From assembly GCF_029227855.1 (NCBI RefSeq), contig NZ_CP074356.1: a stretch of 64,000 bases of DNA; one strand, written 5' to 3'. Below are positions 48,436-57,632 of the stretch, in pieces (the first letter of the stretch is position 1; every line of letters starts with the position of its first letter). Source of the DNA: Escherichia coli. GTDB lineage: Bacteria; Pseudomonadota; Gammaproteobacteria; Enterobacterales; Enterobacteriaceae. The notes under the pieces were generated by a model. That model saw only the letters and a program-made list of their open reading frames with translations. It was not told the origin of the DNA and ran no database searches. A program made the translations under genes and the position numbers.

Positions 48436-50577
48436 TCAAAATTGCCGCATATCCGGCATTCCGGGGGGTAAATCTTTCGGCACAGGCGCATCCGGTACAG
48501 GTTGTGTGGCACCACAGTTCCAGTTAATCACCGGCGCATCACCGTTCACATCCGACTCTCCTTCCAGATGAATGTGCGTACCATTGAGAAATATGCTTCC
48601 GTCCTTCGTCAGCACCAACCTTGCCTTACCGCAGCAGAGTTCCAGATGCTCACCGGCAGAATAAACTGCTGTTTGTCCGGTGTTTTCCTTCATCGTCTTG
48701 CCCACCGAGAAGGTGACGTTATTCCCTACATTGACGCTGTAGCCCATTCCCACCATCAGTGATTTATGCAGCCCTACCTGTGAGGACTGCAACAACGCCA
48801 CCGAGGTATTCATGATGCCGCCTACCGTCGTCTGGTAAGCCACGCCCACCGTCAGCGCACGAATGATCCCCACCTTTTCAACCTGGTTTGAACCCACTTT
48901 GACAATCTGGTTGCTGCCTACCGTTTCCACCTGGTTGACACCAACCGTCTGTATCTGATTAACGCCAATGTTCTGGATCTGGTTATTGGTAACGGTGATC
49001 GCCTGGTTGTTACCTATTTTTTCGGCATGGTTGTTTATCACATCAGTGGTACGGTTATTCAGCACCTCGGTGTTCATGTTCTTCTGCGCGTGGATGTAGA
49101 CCTGTTCTTTCCCTGTCGCATCGTCAAACTTCAGTTCATTAAACCCGCTGCCCTTATAGGTTTTTGAACGAATGGTCATCTGCGTCTTTGTTCCCGGCAG
49201 GCTGCCGGGGGTGCGGTTTTCCTGGTGGTAGGTGCGCCCCATAATAATCGGCTGGTCCGGATCGCCGTTGAGGAAGTCCACAATGACTTCCTGACCCACA
49301 CGCGGTATCGCCAGGTTGCCAAAGCCGGTGCCTGCCCACGCCTGTGCCACACGGATCCAGCATGAACTGTCCTGGTTTGACGGGTTATAGCGGTCCCAGT
49401 TAAATTTCACCCGCACGCGGCCATGTTCATCACAGAAGATTTCTTCTCCTGCCGGTCCCGTCACGACGGCGCTCTGCGGGCCGTCCACCAGCGGTTTCAG
49501 CAACGGCTGTGGCCGCCATGTTCTGTCTGCCGGTATTACCGCAAAGTGGTTATTCAGCGTGGTACCTGAACCCCTGCGTCCCGGCACCGCCTGCGGCTGC
49601 TCGCCGTGCAGTTCACTTGCCACCACCTGCCATTCCCGGTTCAGGTTCGCCTGCGGATGCCCCGTCAGCGCAATTCGCCGTCCCGGCCATATCTCCGGCG
49701 AACGGCTTGTTCCGCGCGCCACTTCTGCGTTGTTTCGCCAGCCATCCATCTGCCAGCAGGCAAAGTTCTGCCCGTGGGCACCCTTGAAACGTCCGGGGTA
49801 GTCATACACTTCATACTGTGTGCGCTGGTAATCCTGGTGCTGGCCTTCCTGATCAAAACGCCCTGCCCAGCCGGGTCGTTTAAAGGTGTAGTCTTTGGTC
49901 ACCACGGAAGATGGGCGGATTTGTGCGCTGTAGAGGAACTGGCTGATGCATAGGGTGCTCACCTCGGTACGGGTGTTCGGATTCCAGGGGATCTCAAAGG
50001 ACTCCGGCAGATAACGCACGGTGTCGCACAGGACCAGGCTCTGGTCGGTACTTTTTTGCGCGTGCTCCTCATAAAAGAAGATGCCTTCCTCCGCCGCCAT
50101 CCGGCACAGGAAATCGTAATCGGTTTCGCCGTACTGGACACAAAACTCACGGGAAGGATGCGGCTCGCTGAACAGCGGACTCCACTCGGTCACCCCGTTT
50201 TCTTTCAGGATCGTCGCGAGTATGCTTTCGATGTCCTCATTCTGGAAGATACGGAAGTTCTGGCGCAGCCCTGTGCGCCACAGCGGTGGGCACACCTTCA
50301 TGCTGTACAGCATCTGGTTTTTGTCGTTCTCCCCCAGTTCAAACCAGGTCACCACACCTTTCACCCGGCGCTGTACGTCATCGCCCTGCCATACCGTCAG
50401 GTAGGCCATTTTGTCCAGCACCTGCGCAAATTCAAGGGAGAGAAACTGCTGGCTGACCAGAGAGAGATCGAGGGAAAAGAGCGAAGAGAGTGACTGGTTC
50501 AGATGAAAGGAGACCACCGCAAACGCGTCCGGTGGCAGGCCGTCCACTTCCAGCGTGAAACGTAATCCGGTTGACAT
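48436..50577 (-). CDS. vgrG: T6SS spike protein VgrG (TssI)
   Basis: ORF track, 713 aa; gp27/gp5-like sequence and beta-helix repeats (…VGSNQIVKVGSNQVEKVG…). Confidence 0.9.
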   Translation of the reverse strand: MSTGLRFTLEVDGLPPDAFAVVSFHLNQSLSSLFSLDLSLVSQQFLSLEFAQVLDKMAYLTVWQGDDVQRRVKGVVTWFELGENDKNQMLYSMKVCPPLWRTGLRQNFRIFQNEDIESILATILKENGVTEWSPLFSEPHPSREFCVQYGETDYDFLCRMAAEEGIFFYEEHAQKSTDQSLVLCDTVRYLPESFEIPWNPNTRTEVSTLCISQFLYSAQIRPSSVVTKDYTFKRPGWAGRFDQEGQHQDYQRTQYEVYDYPGRFKGAHGQNFACWQMDGWRNNAEVARGTSRSPEIWPGRRIALTGHPQANLNREWQVVASELHGEQPQAVPGRRGSGTTLNNHFAVIPADRTWRPQPLLKPLVDGPQSAVVTGPAGEEIFCDEHGRVRVKFNWDRYNPSNQDSSCWIRVAQAWAGTGFGNLAIPRVGQEVIVDFLNGDPDQPIIMGRTYHQENRTPGSLPGTKTQMTIRSKTYKGSGFNELKFDDATGKEQVYIHAQKNMNTEVLNNRTTDVINNHAEKIGNNQAITVTNNQIQNIGVNQIQTVGVNQVETVGSNQIVKVGSNQVEKVGIIRALTVGVAYQTTVGGIMNTSVALLQSSQVGLHKSLMVGMGYSVNVGNNVTFSVGKTMKENTGQTAVYSAGEHLELCCGKARLVLTKDGSIFLNGTHIHLEGESDVNGDAPVINWNCGATQPVPDAPVPKDLPPGMPDMRQF

Positions 50578-50746
50578 AGCAACCTCCGGGTTTAAGGAAA
50601 AACAGACAGTTCGCTGTTAAAGCGGCTGTAACAGTACAGTGTTACGCTTGCGTTCAGGCACGCTACCGCCGAAGTTTCCGGCATCCGCCATCTCCCGTGA
50701 ACGTAACCCCTTACTGACAACCTTTCTTTTTACGGCGTAATACAAA

Positions 50747-50778
50747 AACAGCATCCGGCCTAATAGCCGGATGCTGTT
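50747..50778 (-). terminator. Rho-independent terminator downstream of hcp
   Basis: 13-bp perfect inverted repeat aacagcatccggc / gccggatgctgtt with loop ctaata; on the minus strand it is followed by a T-rich run. Confidence 0.7.
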
Positions 50779-50786
50779 GGCTTAAC

Positions 50787-51305
50787 TTATGCTTCCAGCG
50801 GTGCGCGCCAGTCGTCGGCACCGGAGGTGCCAGACTTGACGTGTTCCCACTCTATTTTGCGGTAGGCCAGTGAAACTTCGAGCAACTGGGTGAACTCGCG
50901 TTTCGCCGGATCCTGGCAATGCGGCATATGCAGTTTCATATCGACAATCGTCGAATCGGTCAGGCGGGTGGTGAAATAATGCTCCTGTTTGCCTTCCACA
51001 GAGGTACGCCACCAGTGAAGTTCAGTGGTTGGCAGCATTTCGCCGGAGGCCAGTGCGTTGTACATCAGCGGAACAGCTTTGTTCAGCGCCACGGTAAAAA
51101 TGAACGGCTTGTGAGCACGCTGACCCGCAGGCTGGCCGGACTGAGGATCGGTCGGGACAGTAACGTTATGCAGGAATTCCTGCACCAGCATCTCGTCTTC
51201 GTGCCCCTGCACATAGATGTTGCCGACAGAATCAGCGGTAAATGCACCTGCAGTAATATTTCCCTGGGTCTGACCAGTGATGGAGATATAACACGGTGTT
51301 GGCAT
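50787..51305 (-). CDS. hcp: T6SS tube protein Hcp (TssD)
   Basis: ORF track, 172 aa, MPTPCYISITGQTQGNITAGAF... Confidence 0.9.
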   Translation of the reverse strand: MPTPCYISITGQTQGNITAGAFTADSVGNIYVQGHEDEMLVQEFLHNVTVPTDPQSGQPAGQRAHKPFIFTVALNKAVPLMYNALASGEMLPTTELHWWRTSVEGKQEHYFTTRLTDSTIVDMKLHMPHCQDPAKREFTQLLEVSLAYRKIEWEHVKSGTSGADDWRAPLEA

Positions 51306-52001
51306 TTGTAAACTCCTTGTTAACGTGGTTAATTACTACTTACAATGACCTGCCGTTAATCCCAGACAGGCAGATGCAGCTCACTTCACGGAACCGCATC
51401 ATTTTTCAGTATTTTTTACATACAAACCGAGCTAGAATTTACGGTTGTCGTAAAAACTATTTTTAAAATCATTAAATCTCTTATTCAGCAATAAGTTAAT
51501 AATATATATCTGGATAACCACACCCAACTATTCAAAGTCCGTATTGCCTCCATAAAATGGCCAAAGCTGAATCATGAATAAATATTGTATTTATCCTTTC
51601 TGAATTATCATTTTGATAATTTTTGAGATATTCCTTAAAAATACCCACTTAATCAATCACAAAACAAATATATAAACAAGCAATCATCAGATTAGCTTAT
51701 GTTTAATGAAATTATTTTATAATTCAATAAGTTACACAAAGTCTCTGTATTTAAATTATTGCCATAATACACCTGACGCGAATTGCACAGGTTCACACAA
51801 TCTATTTAACGCTTGCAGAATACCCCTCTTTACGATCGATAAAAAGTCCTTTTCTTATTTATTTTGAAGCGTAGAATGCGGGGTGATGAAGGAGTGGTGA
51901 TTTTATTTTCACCGCCATTATGGCGGCATTGCCGATATTTTTTTGCGGTACAAATATGCCGTGTTCATGGCCTGTACGAGATAACATGACGGATCACTTT
52001 T
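51306..52001. promoter_or_regulatory. AT-rich divergent control region between hcp and tssB
   Basis: About 700 bp, strongly AT-rich, between divergently transcribed hcp and tssB; GATC sites at 51835 and 51991; specific promoter elements not resolved. Confidence 0.4.
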
Positions 52002-52502
52002 ATGAGCAAAAAATTTGAAGGCAGCGTCGCGCCTCGCGAGCGTATTAATATATCGTATGTCCCAAAAACAGATGGCCAGACGGCTGAAGTTGAACTTCCG
52101 CTTAACATGCTCGTTGTCGGCGATACCGGAAATACGCAGGAAACATCCCCACTGGATGAACGTCAGGCAGTTTCCGTTAACAAGCACAATTTCGGTGCAG
52201 TGATGGCTGAAGCAGCCATTGGCCTCAATTTTACTGTCCCCGCCACGCTGAAGGGAAGCACAACAGACGATGAACTGAATGTGGCGCTGAATATCAAATC
52301 ACTGGATGATTTTTCACCAGATAGCGTGGCCCGGCAGGTTCCGGAAGTGAATAAATTGCTGGAACTGCGTGAAGCACTGACTGCACTGAAGGGGCCGATG
52401 GGTAACCTTCCGGCATTCCGTACCCAGCTCCAGGCATTGCTGGAAAATGAAGAGTCCCGCGAGCAGTTGCTCAAAGAAATCGGCCAGGTGAGCAATAAAT
52501 AA
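52002..52502 (+). CDS. tssB: T6SS sheath small subunit TssB (VipA)
   Basis: ORF track, 166 aa, MSKKFEGSVAPRERINISYVP... Confidence 0.9.
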   Translation: MSKKFEGSVAPRERINISYVPKTDGQTAEVELPLNMLVVGDTGNTQETSPLDERQAVSVNKHNFGAVMAEAAIGLNFTVPATLKGSTTDDELNVALNIKSLDDFSPDSVARQVPEVNKLLELREALTALKGPMGNLPAFRTQLQALLENEESREQLLKEIGQVSNK

Positions 52503-52537
52503 CCACCACTATTTCATTAAACAGGGGTTATCCAGGC

Positions 52538-52762
52538 ATGACGGCACACAAAAATATCTCCGGGACATACCACCTCTCTGTTGCAGACATTCTGCAGGTG
52601 GTTTACCAGGTATGTTTCAGCCCGTCCGTTGAAATCAACCAGGATGGTGTGGCTGCGCTGATTACAACACTGGATCGCCGTATCAGTGATCTATTGGATG
52701 AGATTATCCATTTTTGTGAGTTTCAGCAGAGCGCGTCGCACTGGCAGCGCGTACTTCACTGA
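52538..52762 (+). CDS. 74-aa ORF resembling the N-terminal segment of TssC (possible gene fragment or small paralog)
   Basis: ORF track; ...ITTLDRRISDLLDEIIHFCEFQQSASHWQRV parallels tssC ...IADIDERISRQMDVIIHAPAFQQVESFWRSL; weak Shine-Dalgarno; coding status uncertain. Confidence 0.3.
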   Translation: MTAHKNISGTYHLSVADILQVVYQVCFSPSVEINQDGVAALITTLDRRISDLLDEIIHFCEFQQSASHWQRVLH

Positions 52763-52812
52763 TGGCGAAAAGCCGGTTTCAGAAACACAGCTAAAACAGA
52801 AGGATTTTCAGT

Positions 52813-54288
52813 ATGTCTTTACAGGAAGAGGAACTCGTTTCCAGTCATGCCGGGCAGCCTGAGCAGGCATCGTCGCTGCTTGATCAAATCATGGCACAGA
52901 CCCGTATTCAGCCCGGTTCGGAAGGTTATGACGTTGCCCGCCAGGGTGTGACAGCCTTTATTGCCAGCATCCTGCAATCCACTGCATCTGCCGAACCGGT
53001 CAATAAACTGGCCGTGGACAGCATGATTGCAGATATTGATGAACGCATCAGCCGCCAGATGGATGTCATCATCCATGCGCCTGCCTTTCAGCAGGTCGAG
53101 TCGTTCTGGCGCTCACTGAAAACCATGGTGGATCGCGTTGATTTCCGTGAAAACATCAAGGTCAACGTGCTTCATGTCACCAAGCAGGAACTTCTGGAAG
53201 ACTTTGAGTTTGCGCCAGAAATTATTCAGTCCGGATTTTATAAGCACGTTTATTCGTCCGGTTTCGGACAGTTTGGCGGTGAACCCATCGCTGCCGTGCT
53301 GGGCGCTTATGAGTTCAAAAATACCGCGCCTGACATGAAACTGCTGCAATACGTCAGTGCCGTGGGCGCAATGGCGCACGCACCGTTCCTGTCCTCCGTT
53401 TCCCCGGAGTTTATGGGGCTGAACTCGTGGACCGAACTGCCTAATATCAAAGATCTTTATGCCATCTTTGAAGGTCCGGCCTACACCAAATGGCGCGCCC
53501 TGCGAGACTCGGAAGATTCGCGCTATTTAGGGCTTACGGCACCCCGCTTCCTGCTTCGCCAGCCTTATTCACCAACAGATAACCCTATTAAGAACTTTAA
53601 CTATCACGAAGATGTCAGCCGGAACCACGAAGATTATCTGTGGGGTAATACGGCCTGGATGCTGGCGTGCAATGTCGCAGACAGTTTTGCCAAATACCGC
53701 TGGTGTCCAAATATCATCGGTCCGCAAAGCGGCGGCGCAGTGAAAGATCTGCCGGTGCATCTGTTCGAAACGATGGGTCAGATTCAGGCCAAAATCCCAA
53801 CCGAGGTGCTGGTCACCGATCGCCGCGAATTTGAACTGGCTGAAGAGGGTTTTATCACCCTTACCATGCGTAAAGACTCTGATAATGCAGCCTTTTTCTC
53901 TGCAAACTCTGTACAAAAACCGAAGCACTTTCCGGGCAAAGACGCAGAAACCAACTATAAGTTGGGTACGCAGCTTCCTTATCTCTTCATCATCAATCGG
54001 TTAGCGCACTACATCAAGGTGTTGCAGCGTGAACAACTGGGGTCATGGAAAGAAAGGAGCGACTTAGAGAGGGAGCTTAATACCTGGATCCGTCAGTATG
54101 TTGCCGACCAGGAAAACCCGCCTGCGGACGTGCGCAGCCGCAAGCCTCTGCGTGCTGCCAGAGTTGAGGTTATGGATGTGGAAGGCGAACCCGGCTGGTA
54201 CCAGGTCGCGCTGAGCGTGCGGCCCCATTTTAAATTTATGGGGGCAAACTTTGAGCTTTCCCTGGTTGGCCGGTTAGACAGGGAGTAA
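52813..54288 (+). CDS. tssC: T6SS sheath large subunit TssC (VipB)
   Basis: ORF track, 491 aa. Confidence 0.9.
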   Translation: MSLQEEELVSSHAGQPEQASSLLDQIMAQTRIQPGSEGYDVARQGVTAFIASILQSTASAEPVNKLAVDSMIADIDERISRQMDVIIHAPAFQQVESFWRSLKTMVDRVDFRENIKVNVLHVTKQELLEDFEFAPEIIQSGFYKHVYSSGFGQFGGEPIAAVLGAYEFKNTAPDMKLLQYVSAVGAMAHAPFLSSVSPEFMGLNSWTELPNIKDLYAIFEGPAYTKWRALRDSEDSRYLGLTAPRFLLRQPYSPTDNPIKNFNYHEDVSRNHEDYLWGNTAWMLACNVADSFAKYRWCPNIIGPQSGGAVKDLPVHLFETMGQIQAKIPTEVLVTDRREFELAEEGFITLTMRKDSDNAAFFSANSVQKPKHFPGKDAETNYKLGTQLPYLFIINRLAHYIKVLQREQLGSWKERSDLERELNTWIRQYVADQENPPADVRSRKPLRAARVEVMDVEGEPGWYQVALSVRPHFKFMGANFELSLVGRLDRE

Positions 54289-54294
54289 CACGCC

Positions 54295-54708
54295 ATGATA
54301 CCGGATCGGGAAAGAACCACAGGTTCTCTTTTTGAGCGTATGGAAGCCTCACCGGCCAGAAACTGGCAAGGAAGCAGTATTCATGCGCTCAGGCAGTCCA
54401 TTCGCCAGAACCTGCGAAACATTCTTAATACCCGATCCGGTAGTTGCCGGGGTGCGCCTGAACTGGGCATTGATGAACCTGAAGGGGCTGAAAACTTCCG
54501 CGAATCAATGAGTCTGGCCATCGCGCAATGTATAGAACGCTATGAACCCCGGATCTCACACGCTGAAGTGCAGGCTGTGGTTTCATCCGCCGCCAGCCCG
54601 CTGGATATGACGTTTCGTATTACAGCCTGGGTGACATTTAACGAAACGCATGAGGTGCTTGAATTTGATATGGCACCGAATGGCAGCCAGCATTACCGGG
54701 TGGACTGA
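54295..54708 (+). CDS. tssE: T6SS baseplate protein TssE (gp25-like)
   Basis: ORF track, 137 aa; position after tssC. Confidence 0.8.
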   Translation: MIPDRERTTGSLFERMEASPARNWQGSSIHALRQSIRQNLRNILNTRSGSCRGAPELGIDEPEGAENFRESMSLAIAQCIERYEPRISHAEVQAVVSSAASPLDMTFRITAWVTFNETHEVLEFDMAPNGSQHYRVD

Positions 54709-54711
54709 CAA

Positions 54712-56562
54712 ATGGAATTTGAAGAACGCTATTTCCGGGAAGAACTCGATTACCTGCGCCAGCTTAGCAAGCTGCTGGCAACGGAAAAACCCCATCTGGC
54801 CCGCTTCCTGGCCGAAAAAGATGCAGATCCGGATATTGAACGCCTGCTGGAAGGGGTGGCTTTTCTTACCGGCAATCTCCGCCAGAAAATTGAGGATGAA
54901 TTCCCAGAACTGACGCACGGGCTTATTAAGATGCTATGGCCTAATTACCTGCGTCCGGTTCCGGCAATGACCCTTATTGAATATACGCCGGATATGGATA
55001 AGTCTTCTGTACCGGTGTTAATCCCCCGTAATGAGCAGTTTACAACCAACGCCGGGGAAATCAGAGTTGATGAAGTGCTGCCCTCTGATGCTAAAAAGGA
55101 GGAGCCTCCTCCCTGTACCTTCACCCTCTGCCGGGATATCTGGCTGCTGCCCGTTCGCCTGGAGCAGATTGAAAACCGCAGTACGCCCCGTAATGGTGTT
55201 ATCAACATCACCTTTTCGGTCGCACCGGGAACGGACTTCCGCACGCTGGATCTGAACAAACTTCGCTTCTGGCTCGGCAATGACGACAACTATACCCGTG
55301 ACCAGCTTTATTTATGGTTCTGTGAATACTTGCAGGGTGCCGACCTGACTGTGGGTGAACAGCATATTCGCCTGCCTGAGTTTATGCTGAAAGCTGTCGG
55401 TTTTGAGCCGCAGGATGCCATGCTGCCCTGGCCGAAAAACGTCCACAGCGGCTACCGGATCCTTCAGGAGTATTTCTGTTACCCCGATGCGTTTCTCTTT
55501 TTTGATCTTTGTGGTTGTCCGGCTTTGCCTGACGGATTGCAGGCGGAATTCTTTACCCTGCAACTGCGTTTTTCGCGCCCTTTGCCCGTGGACATCCGGC
55601 TGCGCCGCGATTCCCTGCGCCTGTATTGCGCACCTGCCATTAATTTATTTATCCACCATGCAGAAGCCATCACGCTGGACAACCGGCGGGCAGACTATCC
55701 GCTGGTTCCCAGCCGCCATTACCCACAACATTACGATGTATTTTCCGTTAACAGTGTGGTGAGCCAGGTCCAGGATATGTTCAGGAAAAAAGATCTGGGG
55801 CGTCCTGTTTCGACGCAGGCCGCGCGCCAGTGGCCAGCCTTTGAAAGTTTCAGCCATCAGATGGAATACAGCCGGAAGCGGGAAGTGGTGTACTGGCATC
55901 ACCGGACCAAAACATCCCTGTTCCATCGCGGCTTTGATCATACTCTTGCCTTTATACATGCTGATGGCAGTTATCCGTCAGATGAATCTCTGCTCAGTAA
56001 TGAAGTGGTTTCGGTATCGCTGACCTGTACCAACCGTGAGCTTCCGTCACAAATTCGTTCCGGCGATATCACCGGCACAACCGGTAAAAATGCGGCTGTT
56101 GCTTCATTTCGCAACATTACCCGCCCGACGCAACCACTCTGGCCGGTCATTGATGGCAGCCTGCACTGGTCCCTACTCTCCGCCATGAACCTGAATTATC
56201 TGTCATTACTGGATACGGACGCGCTGAAGCAGGTCATCGCCAACTTTGATCGCCACGCAATCCATCATCCGCAGACGGCGCGGCTGTCACAACAAAAGCT
56301 GGATGCCATTGAGCGTCTGGAGACTCGCCCTGTCGACCGCCTGTTTACGGGCATTCCCGTCCGGGGGCTGGCCTCCACGCTGTATCTGCACCCGGAGCCG
56401 TTTGTCTGTGAAGGGGAAATGTATCTGCTCGGTACGGTGCTTTCGCATTTTCTGTCGCTGTACGCCAGCGTTAACTCATTCCACATGCTGACCGTTGTGA
56501 ACACAGAAAGCCAGGAGACATGGAAATGGACGGAAAGAACCGGGCAGCATCCTCTTATCTGA
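54712..56562 (+). CDS. tssF: T6SS baseplate protein TssF
   Basis: ORF track, 616 aa. Confidence 0.85.
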   Translation: MEFEERYFREELDYLRQLSKLLATEKPHLARFLAEKDADPDIERLLEGVAFLTGNLRQKIEDEFPELTHGLIKMLWPNYLRPVPAMTLIEYTPDMDKSSVPVLIPRNEQFTTNAGEIRVDEVLPSDAKKEEPPPCTFTLCRDIWLLPVRLEQIENRSTPRNGVINITFSVAPGTDFRTLDLNKLRFWLGNDDNYTRDQLYLWFCEYLQGADLTVGEQHIRLPEFMLKAVGFEPQDAMLPWPKNVHSGYRILQEYFCYPDAFLFFDLCGCPALPDGLQAEFFTLQLRFSRPLPVDIRLRRDSLRLYCAPAINLFIHHAEAITLDNRRADYPLVPSRHYPQHYDVFSVNSVVSQVQDMFRKKDLGRPVSTQAARQWPAFESFSHQMEYSRKREVVYWHHRTKTSLFHRGFDHTLAFIHADGSYPSDESLLSNEVVSVSLTCTNRELPSQIRSGDITGTTGKNAAVASFRNITRPTQPLWPVIDGSLHWSLLSAMNLNYLSLLDTDALKQVIANFDRHAIHHPQTARLSQQKLDAIERLETRPVDRLFTGIPVRGLASTLYLHPEPFVCEGEMYLLGTVLSHFLSLYASVNSFHMLTVVNTESQETWKWTERTGQHPLI

Positions 56563-57608
56563 GTCCGGGAAATCCCCCGGCAGATAAAGAGCAGAATGAT
56601 CCGCTGGCACAGGTTTTTCATAACGCCTGCTCTTACAATTTTTTTGCGATGGCGGAGCTGTTGCACCGCCTGGCACAGGGTGAAAAGGGGACGCCGGAAT
56701 TATCCCTGCGCGACGATCCGGCACAGGAAACCCTGCGTTTCAGCGCCGATGCCAGCCTTGCGTTTCCCCTGAGTGATATAAGTGCGCTGAAACGGGATAC
56801 GTCAGGGGCATTCAGGATGACCACTACCTTTATGGGGTTACAGGGGAGCCAGTCGCCTCTCCCCGGTTATTACCTCGATCACCTGGCCTGGAAAGCGGTA
56901 CATGAACAAAGTCCGGTAGGTGATTTTCTGGATATGTTCAGCCACCGCCTGACCCAGTTTGTCTGGCATATCTGGCGTAAGTACCGCTATCACATCAGTT
57001 TTCGTAACGGCGGTGTGGATGCGTTCTCGCAGCGCATGTACTCCCTTGTTGGGCTGGGCCACCGCCAGCTTCGCGATAAGCTGGCGATTAATCACAGCAA
57101 AATGCTGGCGTATTCCGGGATCCCGGCAAATCCGGGACGATCCCCGGAAATAATCTGCGGTCTGGTGTCCCACTGTTTTGATTTGTCAGACGTGACGCTG
57201 CAAAACTGGCAACGTCGCAAGGTGGATATTGAACCGGATCAGCAAAATAGCCTGGGGAGTTATTCACTTAAAAATGGCGAAAAACTGGCAGGAAGATCGG
57301 TACTGGGCAACTTTGTTCTGGGTACACGGGTGCCCGATCTCAGCGGAAAATTCCAGCTCAGTATTACCAGCCTGACCCGAAAACAGTTCCTCTCTTTTCT
57401 GCCGTCCGGCGAAAACTTCCTGCCACTGACGATGTTTGTGTCCTTCATCCTGCGCGATCAGCTTGCCTGGGACTTACATCTGGGGCTGGCGCCGGAGCAG
57501 GTGGGCGCAATGCGCCTGGGCGATAACAAAAGTGCGCTGCTGGGCTGGACCAGCTTCCTCGGCACACCGGAAGAACGACCTTCAGTCACCATCAGGGTAC
57601 GGTCGTAA
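56520..57608 (+). CDS. tssG: T6SS baseplate protein TssG
   Basis: ORF track, 362 aa; overlaps the tssF 3' end; exact start uncertain. Confidence 0.8.
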   Translation: MEMDGKNRAASSYLSPGNPPADKEQNDPLAQVFHNACSYNFFAMAELLHRLAQGEKGTPELSLRDDPAQETLRFSADASLAFPLSDISALKRDTSGAFRMTTTFMGLQGSQSPLPGYYLDHLAWKAVHEQSPVGDFLDMFSHRLTQFVWHIWRKYRYHISFRNGGVDAFSQRMYSLVGLGHRQLRDKLAINHSKMLAYSGIPANPGRSPEIICGLVSHCFDLSDVTLQNWQRRKVDIEPDQQNSLGSYSLKNGEKLAGRSVLGNFVLGTRVPDLSGKFQLSITSLTRKQFLSFLPSGENFLPLTMFVSFILRDQLAWDLHLGLAPEQVGAMRLGDNKSALLGWTSFLGTPEERPSVTIRVRS

Positions 57609-57632
57609 ATTATGATAATCACGGAGCAGAAT

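Noticed and set aside
51918-52187. 89-aa minus-strand ORF in the hcp-tssB control region
   Set aside because: Overlaps the tssB start in an AT-rich regulatory region; no support as a gene.
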